A stretch of DNA of 64,000 nt from Chrysomallon squamiferum (Eukaryota > Animalia > Mollusca), in NCBI GenBank assembly GCA_012295275.1, contig CM022674.1:2356001-2420000 (forward strand), written 5' to 3'. A program made the translations under genes and the position numbers. Numbering within the stretch: the first letter of the stretch is position 1; the number at the start of each line of letters is the position of its first letter. Below are positions 1-21,200 of this stretch, in pieces. The notes beneath the pieces are model-generated. The model worked only from the letters and a program-made list of their open reading frames with translations, ran no database searches and had not been told where the DNA came from.

Positions 1-13
1 TCTGCAAGACGCC

Positions 14-8211
<8,198 letters not shown>

Positions 8212-8579
8212 ATATTTCCGTTTAACTTTAATACACATTATTATTATTATTAGTATTAGTATTAATATTACTATTGTTATTATTATTATTATTTATTATT
8301 ATTATTGCTATTGTTATTATTATTATTTATTTATTCATTTATTTATTTATTTATTTATTTTTAATTTTAAGAACTCTGTTAACTGAAATGATGGAATTTT
8401 ATTGGAAATTTGGACATAAATATAAGTTTGCACAGTTCTTGAAGCAGAATTTTACATCATATGTCCTTCATTATACTTTTATATTGGAAGAAATCATGTG
8501 TTCTGCTGTTTAAAATTAAAATTAGATATTAAAATAAAACATTGTTTATTTTTACTGTCATTAATATTATTTATTATTC

Positions 8580-8622
<43 letters not shown>

Positions 8623-9356
8623 ATGGGAAACAAGAAGAAATCCATGCTACTTAACGTATCCTTAATACTGAAATGTATTATCTTTAATAACATCGCGTGA
8701 CTGCATATGTCACGTGATCTCATCATTACAACTTCTTCTGAAGAGCAAAAAACTAAACTAAAATAAAATAAAAATAATAAATAAATAAATAAATAAATAA
8801 ATTCGAACACATTTAATGTCACGTACCAGTCAGGAAGAGTTCGTTCTGTATTCGATTATCAGACTGTATATTTTCTCAAAATAACTTGTAAATCTATGTC
8901 GTTTCTGATTTTCTACATTCAGACTATTTCGATAAAGCTAGAGTTAATTTGTGCTAACCACAAAGTGTCTGTATAAGTGCGTACACGTAAATAAATAAAA
9001 AATAAATAAATAAATTATGTTTAATTAGCAAAAACAATTATCAAATTATACAAACAAGCAAATTCAAAAATCCCCATGAAATAAATTGTTATTCCTTCAA
9101 AAGAACGTGCGTATCTTCCAATTAATGTTGAGAGTTACTTCCCTTGACAAAAACATGCGCTCGACTTTTGTGGATTTTCTTTCATTCACATGCATTTCGG
9201 TGTTCAATAATAAATTATAATACAGGATTTTGTTACTAACTTTATAGTTTAATTATTACTACTAATAATTTTACTTAATTATTATTTACCATGCATGAGA
9301 CATAATTTAAAATTTTCATATAGATGTATATCATTTCATTTTTTTCTTAAAAAAAA

Positions 9357-9388
<32 letters not shown>

Positions 9389-10630
9389 AAGAATCCTTTT
9401 TCTGTCTTTTCGTACGTATATGTGTGTATGTCTGGAGATACATTAATATTATATTTTTTTTTTTTTTTTTATTCGTGTTTTATTATTATAATATACATGC
9501 ACCAGAACATCCACATCAGATTATCGGTTAAAGATGTATTACCTCCCTTTGTTTTATAACAAAACCTGATCTCTGTTCACTGTAAGAAAACTGAACTGGT
9601 GAAAAACCTGAATCAAATAAAAATGGACGGAGTGTTAGAATCAAGTAAAAACATTAGTTTGTAAAGGTTTATGGTTTACTGAGGTTTTGAATTTTGATAC
9701 TAGATAAATCACTGGATTGTTAAAACTGTTTCTGAGTCCAGTTTTGAGAATTTTCAATCTCACCAAGCTGTAATTCAAAGAGCTGATTCTTTTAATTTGA
9801 TGCCATTTAATAACTAACTAACAAACTAACTAACTACCTACCTAACTAACTAACTAACTAACTAAATAATGTCCGAGTAAACCAAACATTACTTTGTAAA
9901 TCTGATCAATCCAGTTACATTTTAACATCACATTATATTCACTTCCAGTGAAATAAATTTTGTTTCGTCGTGTACTAAAGAAAAGGTTTTAACTGATCCC
10001 TTCTGTTTCCATAAAGCCAAGCAAACAAATTAAAAACAATAAATATTTCAAGTTTAAAAATAGTAATTTATTACACACTGCTTTCAAATAATGACAAAAA
10101 CAGAAGAAAAGGCAGATTGTTGGTTCCCTGTTTTTTCAATCTTAGAAATTTTAAGAGAAGCAATAACTCATATGATGTCACTGTCAATTTATTATTTATT
10201 TATTATTATCATCAATTTTACTTTCGAGTTGCCGTGCTAATCACAGTCTTCGCATTTGTAATCCACATAGCATACATCTGTGCTTATGTGTGGTAATATA
10301 TTACACTTACTTTTAATGTCGCTTTTTGTCTTTCTTTTTTTCTCCCCTAAATTACTTTTATGTATGTTTGAAACAGTCCAAGATGTCTAAGCATGTAGGC
10401 ATTGCTACTTGTCTTAGTAATTACTCATATCAGACTGCAAAAGCTACCTGTAACTGTTTTAAACGTAGATTGTTTTAATAAAAGCCTGTACGTTTGTAAC
10501 AGTCCTATATTCCCACCGCAGCCATGCTCCCTGCAAAGAAAGAGAAAAAAAGAAAAATTAAAAAAAATCAAGAGTTCAAAAATGGTCTGGTTGTTTATAA
10601 GAGAAAGCAAAACAATTCCTATTTTCTAAC

Positions 10631-10854
10631 TTTTTTGAAAGACAACTGGAAAGACAATACTAAAATCAAGGCCAGTGACTGATCAAAAAAAAAAAAAATA
10701 ATAATAATAATAATAAAAAATTATATATATAAAAAAATTTCATTACACAAATAATTATTTGTTTTCGAGACACGAAATATTAAAAAAATATTAATGTCTG
10801 ACACTTTTACATATTTACTGTTTTTATTTATTTAGTTTTTTCAGAAATCTTTAA

Positions 10855-10904
<50 letters not shown>

Positions 10905-11836
10905 TCACATTTACTACATAAACTGACAATAATGTATTGCAGATCTTTCAATTTAAACAAATGCATTGTATAGCAAAACACTTGTTAACGAAAACGTTAA
11001 TAGGGTCATCAAGTCAGCCGAATTTCATACAAATATCTTAGGGATTGCAGATTATTATTTTACGGATGCTAAACTGGGCGGTGTTCTCAGCAAACAAGGC
11101 AAATGAAAATGACACAGTCACAACCGATGTCTTACAGATTTGATATTTCATTTAATTTCCCGAGATACCAAGTATTTATGTGGTGTAATGCAAGACATAT
11201 ACATGTCATGGGTGGCCTGACTCCTGTAAACCTAACAAAAACGCTACATTCAGATACAATTCATGGACGCTGGTTTCTATGAAACGGTAGAGCTGTATAA
11301 CGAAGGCATGAGGAAAATTAGCATTAACAGAGGTATTCACATTCCTAAGAACAACATCCCTTCACAAACTAGACTGAAACTTGTGTATTTGAGGGGCATG
11401 ACAGACAAGTTGTTATGGGCGATGTGAGCAGCTTCGTAGGAGACTTTCAACTTTGGCAACTCACATGTACATATTTCAGATTATCAGGTGGTATAATGGC
11501 CAAGTTGGTATAATGGTTCAAATTAAAAAGCAGTACAACAACTTGGACACAGTATCTGTGACTTGTATCCAAGGGTTTTGATAACGCCAGATTAAAAAGA
11601 ACAAACAAAACATTACGAGCATTTAAAAATTTGTTTACTGGAAACACATGGATGCATAAACATTGTAAATATCCCCCATGTCAAAATCAGGGTGTATGAG
11701 TGCATATATATATATATATATATATATTTAGATGTGTGTGTGTTTGTATGTATGTATGTGTGTATGCATAATTTGTTTCTGTATGTATATATATATATAT
11801 ACATAAGCACCCAACCTGTCATGCCTGGATGCTTAT

Positions 11837-11874
<38 letters not shown>

Positions 11875-13450
11875 ACAGCGTAACTGAAAAATCACCTCTC
11901 ATAACTATTCACGTCCAGATCAAGGGTAGCAGGTTCCCATCCCCCACAGATGCACTACAAACATTGGCAATAACTTGTTTGTTCAGCAAGTCTTTGATAC
12001 CATTTACAGTCAGAGTATTTACACCTTTGTTGCAGACACATCTCTGATTGAACTCTGACAACATGGCCATATACTGTCTTCACCAAACAAAACATACAGA
12101 AACATGCTTAATTAAATATTTTGTTTATGAAGGAAATGTGAGCAACTTATTTCCTTATAGGTTAAAACCAGTTACTTGTCTAATTATAGTTATTGTTATG
12201 TGCAATTAGTACAAACACAGACATACTTTCTGCTTGAAAAAGTATAAATAAACCTTTTATTTTGGAGTAACATAAAACTGTTATATTGAAGATTGTACCT
12301 CTACTCGTACACTCACACAAACATCTACATACCTGTACAACCCCTAGTAAGTATTTGTGACTCCAAGCAACAAACACCTCGACTAGTTGCGATAGACTGA
12401 ATAATTAAGAACATAATTGAAACTGTTGTTCTTTGTAGTTATCTGAACCATGTCATTTAATTTTTTGTTTTTTTTGTTTGGTTATCCTAGATGGGATGAT
12501 CTTTTGTCCCATATTGATATTCAGGGTGGGTATAAGTCCACCTTTCTTATCATTCACTGGCTTCCTATGTAAAAAATATGCCAAACAAACCCTCCTGCTT
12601 GCAGTAACATTAGAATCTTTTTCGTTTCTATGTGAATCGATTACCCACAAATGTTTCTGATATGCATTTCCTGGACTTATGTGACTGGAACAGTTAATAA
12701 CTGAACAATAGTTATGACCTCTCATTACAGCACGATTGCTTTTGCTCGCCAACTTGAAAGTAGGGCTATTTTGTCTCAGTGGAATGTGAATTACCTCTAT
12801 TAATACTATTAATTAACTGTGAAAAATGAATGTTGGCAAAATGCTTGAATATATAATGGTCCCTACAATTTATCGGTCTTGAAAAATAATTTTTTTGGTA
12901 TACTGCTTTAATTTCTATGTGTTTTTCGAGAATTACTGTGTAATGTACAGTTGAGCAAATAAGTGTGATTAATTAATTAATTAATTAAAATTGATGAGTA
13001 TTTGCATCTCGCTTAAAAATATGTACACCTTCACAGCTCATCAACAGTTGCGTTTTGTTATATAATACATGTATACAGAATTAAAGCTGTATGAGATATT
13101 CAGTGTTTATGTTGCAAAATAACAGAAACTAATCAGATCTCCACAGATCTTTTTTTGCTCATTCTAAAATATGTAATGTTTTATAAAATTTTGTCACATA
13201 CATATATCATTTATATGATATAAATAATGAAGTACTATAATTATAAATAACACAAAAATAGCATATGCCTAATGACGTAATGTCCTACATTTAATATAAA
13301 GTGCTGGGAATAATACAAAATGCATTTAACATTAAACAAACAGTAACTAATTTGTGTTAAATGTGACCAACTTATTTTTACTGCAGTGTCCGAAAGACAT
13401 CGATCCCACTTTTGCCAAAGAACATCGTCTGATCTTGTTGTAGCAGACAT
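10631..13450 (-). pseudogene. MICOS10: MICOS complex subunit MIC10 pseudogene (exons 1-2 only)
   Basis: Exon 1 13450-13372 MSATTRSDDVLWQKWDRCLSDTAVKI; exon 2 10678-10631 TGLDFSIVFPVVFQK (Gly motif lost relative to TGLGLGIVFSVVFFK); no exon 3/4 seen, the paralog segment about 56605-58675 is replaced by about 230 bp at 10190-10420. Confidence 0.85.
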
Positions 13451-13532
13451 TTTTAATTTCACTTGATTTGTATTTTCCTTCTCTAGATTTAGAGCACCAC
13501 AAACATTTGAAAATAAATGGCTGAAGAGTTAT

Positions 13533-13614
<82 letters not shown>

Positions 13615-14014
13615 TTTAAGTAGTTAATTAATAATAAAAAAAGAAACAAAGAAAATGAAAGATATAAAAAAAATTATGAGTTACACTTTAGTTTAACGAA
13701 TATTAATTTAAGGAAGAAACTGAAAATTATTTTATGCAAGAATGAGTTTTTGTTGTTGAATCTTATAAACGTCAATCACGTCAACCTCAGATGGTGATGA
13801 ACTTTTCTTTTTATACGTTACTCGACAATTCATAACACAATAACCTTTGCATTCCAGTGTAAATAAAATCACTTTAAAATGAAACTAGACTCAGGCAATG
13901 CAAATACCAGGAAATGTAAAATAGTGTGCTTTTCGAAGAAACAAGTATTATGAGTCATTACATGACTATAAGCAACGTCTTAAGATTTACAAAACTGGAT
14001 TTAATTTCGTAAGT
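13451..14014. promoter_or_regulatory. Putative head-to-head promoter between MICOS10a and ZNFX1a with probable non-coding first ZNFX1 exon
   Basis: Divergent gene orientation; non-coding sequence conserved with the paralog; donor GTAAGT at 14009 (also in paralog near 54750) and acceptor at 15067 upstream of the ZNFX1 ATG; paired CGTCA half-sites about 13770-13783; GAAANNGAAA at 13716. Confidence 0.5.
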
Positions 14015-14495
14015 GTTAATTATTTATTTTTGATATATATGTATGTGTATGTGTGTGTTACACATATTAAATGTATAGAAGAAATCACACTAATCTTTAA
14101 TATTAAATATGAAATTATCTGCAGACAACACACACACACACACACACGCACACACGCACACACATATGTATGTATATGTATATATTAAATGTTGATAAAT
14201 GTTAATAATTTTGCGTAGCTCGCTTAGAGGGATACTGGAAAGATAATATGTTACAGGTAGGCTATAATTTTACTTTGTGGGGTTCACCAGACCACTGACA
14301 GTCTGTCGAATGCAAATGGCCGCGACCAGGTCGGTCTACGTTTCGGTTGCCGTCATACGCAGTATGATAAAGCAGTTTTGTGTCTGTGATCCACATAGTA
14401 TACGTCTCTGCATATCTGTGGTTATATATAACAGTTCATTTTATAAAGATTCAGACATTATTATTATTATGATTATTGCTACTGTTATTTTAACT

Positions 14496-14534
<39 letters not shown>

Positions 14535-14621
14535 TTACTGTAGTATTAGTGGTGACAGTAGTAGTAGTAGTAGTAGTAGTAGTAGTTGTCGTCGTTGTTG
14601 GTATTGCTGTTGTTGTGTCAA

Positions 14622-14847
<226 letters not shown>

Positions 14848-14865
14848 CCTGTTCCAGACATAAAG

Positions 14866-14899
<34 letters not shown>

Positions 14900-15131
14900 C
14901 ATTGTTATAATAATTTTATATTTCTAGGCTGAAGTTCATCTTTTAGTACTGACTGACTGATTGACTGATTATCTGGTTCACTGATTTGATTTGATTCGAT
15001 TTATTTTATTTAGTGGTATTTTATTGTAATTTTTAGATTTTATTTATTTATTTATCTTTTAATCTAGAGGAGCTCTGCTGGTGAAATAAAAGATTAAAAA
15101 CAAAAACAAAATCTCGGAAATGTGTCAACAG

Positions 15132-15172
<41 letters not shown>

Positions 15173-15209
15173 ATAAATATCTTAGTACAAGGATTAAAGT
15201 GATCTTATC

Positions 15210-18200
15210 ATGTCTACATCTCAAACGTCTTTGACCTCCTGTGACCTCCGGCATCGTTTGAAGAGAAAAGGCGATCTTCGATCTCTTCTGAATAAAAAGA
15301 GATTTCTCGAAGACGAACAAGCGAAAGACACATTTCTGATTTCCTCTTCAGAACCTGAGACTAGAATGTCCGAGTATGACTGCAAGGTAGAAATGGAAGA
15401 AGGAGAACGTAGCGAAAATGAAGATTCTAACTTTATGTCTGGAACTGGAGAAACAGAATTTACAATGTCCGAGCGTGACTGCAATGTAGAAAAGGAAGAA
15501 GGAGAATGTAGCGAAAATGAAGAAGGAGAATGTAGCGAAAATGAAGATTCTTACAGTGTGTTTGGAACTGGAGAAACAGATGCTCGAGGTGCAGATGACG
15601 AGGAAGAGCCTTTCAGTACATCACACAAAATGTTATCTTCGTTTGACGAAGGGTCCAAACAATGCAAAAGCTATCAAGAAAGAATTACCGTTACAGTATT
15701 TGAGTCAGCTGAAAAGAAAGAAAAGGAGGATGATTTTCATAAAATTAGGACATTAAAAAGAGGTGAGAAAAATCCGTCTAAGAAAAGAATATCTCGCCAA
15801 AGAAACGTTTCTCAAAGACGCCAGATTGATTTCTGTTCTAAAAATGATGCAAAATCGTCTGAGTCGCATTCTGGAAAACAAAGAGAATCAACTTCTGAAC
15901 TGAAACGAAAACGTTCTCATGTTGACTTGGAGAATGATCAGCCAAGAATCAAGTCTAAGCGACACAGTGAAACAGAGCCCAGACTGACTGAGTACCAAGA
16001 ACAGAGATCACGAACTGGTTCAGTAGAACCTCACAAAGAACACAGATCACGAACTGGTTCAATACAACCTCACAAAGAATACAGATCACGGATTGGTTCA
16101 GTAGAACCTCACAAAGAACACAGATCACGAACTGGTTCAATAGAACATCACAAAGAACAGATATCACGAACTGGTTCAATAGAACCTCACAAAGAACAGA
16201 GATCACGAACTGGTTCAATAGAACCTCACAAAGAACAGAGATCACGAACTGGTTCAATAGAACCTCACAAAGAAAACAGATCACGAACTGGTTCAATAGA
16301 ACCTCACAAAGAAAACAGATCACGAACTGGTTCAATAGAACCTCACAAAGAACACAGATCACGAACTGGTTCAATAGAACCTCACAAAGAATACAGATCA
16401 CGGACTGGTTCAATAGAACCCCACAAAGAACACAGATCACGAACTGATTCAGTCATAACTGTTCCACGAAATTACAAAAAGTGCGGAGGACGGACATTTT
16501 CAAGAAAAACTTATGCACAAACTGGTTCAAGAGAACATGATGCAGAACAAAGAAAATACAATTATGTGAATAATAATAACATAGATAATTCTAATTATGG
16601 TCCAACCGTTTCAAAACGGCAGAAGCCAAATTGCCCTACGATCATAGATCGAATTTGTTCTTATTATAATCGTGAACCGGAACAGATATGTTTATTTCTT
16701 GTGGACAATTTGGAAGACATATGTCACCTTCTCGGTTCATCCACACAAATAGAAGATGTGAAAACATTTGTGAAGGTAGTCAGCAAAGGGATGACGTCAT
16801 CTCTAACTAACTCGCACAGATCTAAGTTTCTTTTCAGTCTGCGGGGAGCAAAGTTCTTTGAAAAGAGTGATCTACACGATGAGCTGAAAACACTTCAAAG
16901 GAAAACTAATCTGAACAGTGCTGAAGAATCTTTCCTTGAAGATTTAACTGATTTAATGAGTGTCATGGCTGATCTAGCGTCCCTTCCTTTAAGTGAGAGT
17001 GTAATGTGTAATTTTCTCTTGGAACACATCTGTTATTACTTCGAAGATTCCATGAAACACTTGAAACAGAAACTCACAAAGATAAATGAAATACAACAAT
17101 CCGGCAGGCTTCAGACGAAAGATTCGAATATCATTCAGTTCATGACTCAGTCGGATATGTATATTTTACCGGATATTAGCAGAATTAAAAACGACACTGA
17201 CAAAGAATTAATCCAGCCGCATGTCATCGGTAGCCCTTTTGAGAACGACTTACATTTCTTGCTCTATTCATTCACACTGTTTCGTGAGGATTTCATTCGT
17301 CCTATTTGTCGAGGCATCACAAACTACATCGCTTTCTTGAAGGACAGACCATCTCGAGACTTCAGAGACCCTGACGTCAGGGTTTTTGAAGATGTTACTC
17401 TTGTGTCGACTAAATATGTAAACGGTTCAGGGATCGCGTGGGAGATTCATATTGAAAACATGCGTTATCATCCACAGATCTTAAAGTATGGATCCCTTTT
17501 GTGCTTTTCTTGCGACGAATTTTCCTCTCTGTTCTATGGCACCGTTGCTAACAGAACTGCTGAATCAATGAGAAGGGGAAACATCGACGTCCAGTTCATT
17601 GACGCAAAAAGCGAAACACTTTCCAAACTGACAAAAAATAAATGGGTAATGCTGGAATCTCGATCATTTTATCCCGCTTATTCAAGCACACTGAAAACTT
17701 TGAAACACATGTTTAAAGAGATAGAAAACCAAAGATTCAGACTCCCATTAGAACCGTATTTGATTGGTCATAAAGTAGAGCCGAGGCTGCCGAAATATCT
17801 CGAAATGGCTGACGAAGTGTCGTTTCGTTGTCTGTTGAAGTATGGAAACTCTGTCCCCACCAAGACCTACACAAACGTCTGTATAACAGATTTTAGCCAG
17901 TGGCCATCAGCAGATGAACTGGGATTGGACGACTCTCAGTATGCGGCTATAAAGCTGGCTTTGACAAATGAAATTGCTCTTATTCAGGGTCCTCCAGGGA
18001 CAGGGAAGACGTTGATGGGCGAAAGATTGGCTGAATTCCTCCTGAAAAACAGACGCATTTGGAGAAAATCTGGGACCGGTTTATCTAGGCCGTTACTCTT
18101 GATCAGTTACACTAACCATTCTTTGGATCAGTTCTTAACAGAACTCATCAAAAAGTCAGCAGTTAAAACTGAAAAGATCGTAAGAATTGGATCACGCTGT

Positions 18201-21200
18201 CAAGAGCCACAACTTGAGAAATGCAACATCAAGGAATACAGAAGAGCCATAAAACGTGCTCAGCCCTATCGAAGCTTTCCAAAACACCACAGTAAGACGG
18301 TCAGTTTAAACAGATACAAAATAGACGCATTCAGAAAAGGCATTGTCCACCAATTTAGCTTAGTGAAAGAAATGAGCGTCATCCATTTCACTCAGCTCTT
18401 TTACCAAACATTCATTGTACCAGACGAAGACTTTCCAGATGGTCAAACTCAGATACTTTCATGGTTACAAGTAGAACGATTTCTGCGAAACGATGAAACT
18501 GCTGCACCTGTTCAAGACAACAACGAATGGTCAGAAGAAGACGTGTCAGAGGCAGACAAAGACAGGATTATAGAGAGTTTCGAAGAGTTGTTGGAACAAA
18601 GTCATGAGGAATGGTCCGCTCCCTGGATGGCACTTGACGAGCAGACCTTGAAATATTGGACAAATGTTTCTGAAAAGGAGAAGAAAAACATATTTAGACG
18701 TGTTTGTGAAGAAGTCAGTTCTATGGATATGATGACACCTCTAGAGGCAGAACGTGTGATCAACATCTCGAGACTTGATGTCACTGACAGATGGAGATTG
18801 TATAGATACTGGATTTGGAAAGCTATACAGTCTTTCAGAGAGGAAGCCAAGGCTGCAGAACAATCTTTTGAAGAAGCATGTCAAATGGACAGAGAAGCGA
18901 CGGCAGTGATAGATGTCGATATTATGAGGAAGGCACATTTAGTAGCGATGACAACAACCGGAGCAGCACAGTATTCGGCTCAGCTGCAAGCCGTTGCGCC
19001 AGCTGTTGTGATTGTAGAAGAGGCTGCCCAGGTTGCTGAACAGCACGTTATCAGCGCGTTATCGAGTTCCTGTCAGCATCTAATCATGATTGGAGACCAC
19101 CAGCAGTTGCAGCCGTCGTTTAACGATTTCCAGCTCTGCAGGAAATACAAGACAGACGTTTCCTTGTTTGAGAGATGGATCCGAAGTGGAATGAAATTCC
19201 AACAGCTCAAACTTCAGCACAGAATGCGACCAGAGATGAGTTCCTTGCTGCAGCCACACATATACGAGCAGCTCTATGACGACGAGTCAGTATTTAAATA
19301 CGGCCACATTAAAGGAATGTCGTCTGATTTGTTCTTTCTTGACCACAACTATCCAGAAGAACAAATAAAAGATTCTCTTAGCCACAGTAATAAACACGAA
19401 GCAGAAATATTAACAAAACTGTATCGACATTTGATTCTACAAGACTATTCACCGTCAGACATAACAATACTGGCATCCTACAAAGAGCAAATGTATCTGC
19501 TGAAAAGCTTGATTCAAAATATGGAGAAGACTGACACAGTTTTAGCTAAGAAACGAATAAAGTCCGAATTGCAGCCATCGATAATTATCAAGGAGAAGAA
19601 AACAAAATCATTTTAGTGTCTTTGGTTCGCAGCAATTTCGAAAAAGACATCGGGTTTTTGCGAAGAACCAATCGAATATGTGTGACTCTGTCCAGAGCAC
19701 GTGAGGGTTTATATATTATTGGAAACACGAGTTTGCTGAGAGAAAAGTCTCGTGTTTGGGACAAGGTTTTGTCCAAAGCCGAGATTACAGGAAACGTCGG
19801 CAACATTCTGATGCTGAAGTGTCAGAAACACGGACAAGAAATCGCTGTAAAAAATCCTGTGGATTTCGACAAAGCAGCGGACGGAGGTTGCAGCAAAATG
19901 TGTGAAACTAGACTGGAGTGCGGACATGCGTGTAGTCGTAGATGTCACGTAAACGACGAAAGCCACCAACTGCCTTGTAGTAAGCCATGCTTAAAACGCT
20001 GCCCAAGAGGACACAAATGTTCAAAAACCTGTGGCGAGGATTGTGGAAAATGCAGAGAAAAAGTGACCGCTGTACTCCCAGCTTGCGGGCACACTCAACA
20101 AATGTTTTGTTTCCAAGATCCCGATGATGTACAATGTCAAGAAAGATGTACAAAAACACTTGATTGCGATCATAGATGTCAAAAGAAATGTGGAGAAAAA
20201 TGCAACACAACTTTCGACTGTCATGAGTTGATCAGAATTGATGCAAAATGCGGCCACAACATTCAAATAGCTTGTTGCACAAAACTCAATCCTGAATGCA
20301 AAGTTCCTTGCACAAAAATTCTCCAGTGTGGTCATGCATGTAAAGGAACATGCGGGAAATGTTTCAGAGGAAATCTTCATCAAGAATGTAAAGAGATGTG
20401 CACTAGACTTTTGATCTGTGGTCACACGTGCAGAAAATTATGCAGCGTTCCATGTGGATACTGCACCGAGAAATGCGAAGCTAAATGTGTTCATTCCAAA
20501 TGTAAAAGGTTATGTGGTGCCATCTGTGTTCCGTGCCAGGAACCCTGTGGCTGGATCTGCAGAAGGCGATGTCCAAATGCTTACAGATGTTCAGCAGTTT
20601 GTTGTGAACCTTGCAATCGACCAAGGTGTGACCATCCCTGCAACACAATTTTGAAATGTAAGCACCGGTGTGCAGGATTCTTTTGCGAGCCGTGTTTTTG
20701 TCTCGAGTGTCAAGAAGATGACCCTAAGGAAATCTTTTTTGGAAACGAAGACGAAGCCGGTGCTATTTTCTATCAACTTCCAGACTGCAAACACATTTTC
20801 GAAAGCTCTGGCCTTGACACATACATGGACAGTGGAAATGACGACGCAGTTAGAAGAAAAGAGTGTCCGAGATGCAAAACCCCGATCCTTAACGCTCAGC
20901 GATACAGCAACTTAATTAAAGCTGCTCAGGCGGACATAGACAAGGTTAAAGAAGAATTCGTTTCCAGCAGTGGTGACGTGAAAGGAAAATATGTTACACT
21001 TAGAGAAGAGTTCCCGGATCTTTCAGAAAGATTTAGAAGAATGCTGAAAAACGCTTGCTCTGTTCACGAGGTGGAGATGCTTGAGACGTTCCTGGTGAAC
21101 AGAAGAACCTTTGTCAGTGCTGTCTCGTCTCTTCTTGACAAAATACGCGCTCTAGGTGACACACATCAAATGCTAATCACTGAACTCAGAAATCTACACT

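Noticed and set aside
8212-8850. Homology of the ALP1 3-prime flank to 60200-60900 that would pin the circle junction
   Set aside because: Only short weak matches (about 8660-8705 vs 60375-60420) in AT-rich DNA; cannot be supported by eye.
19545-19620. Programmed ribosomal frameshift or two-gene organisation of ZNFX1a
   Set aside because: No canonical slippery heptamer at the site and the paralog is continuous with one extra A.
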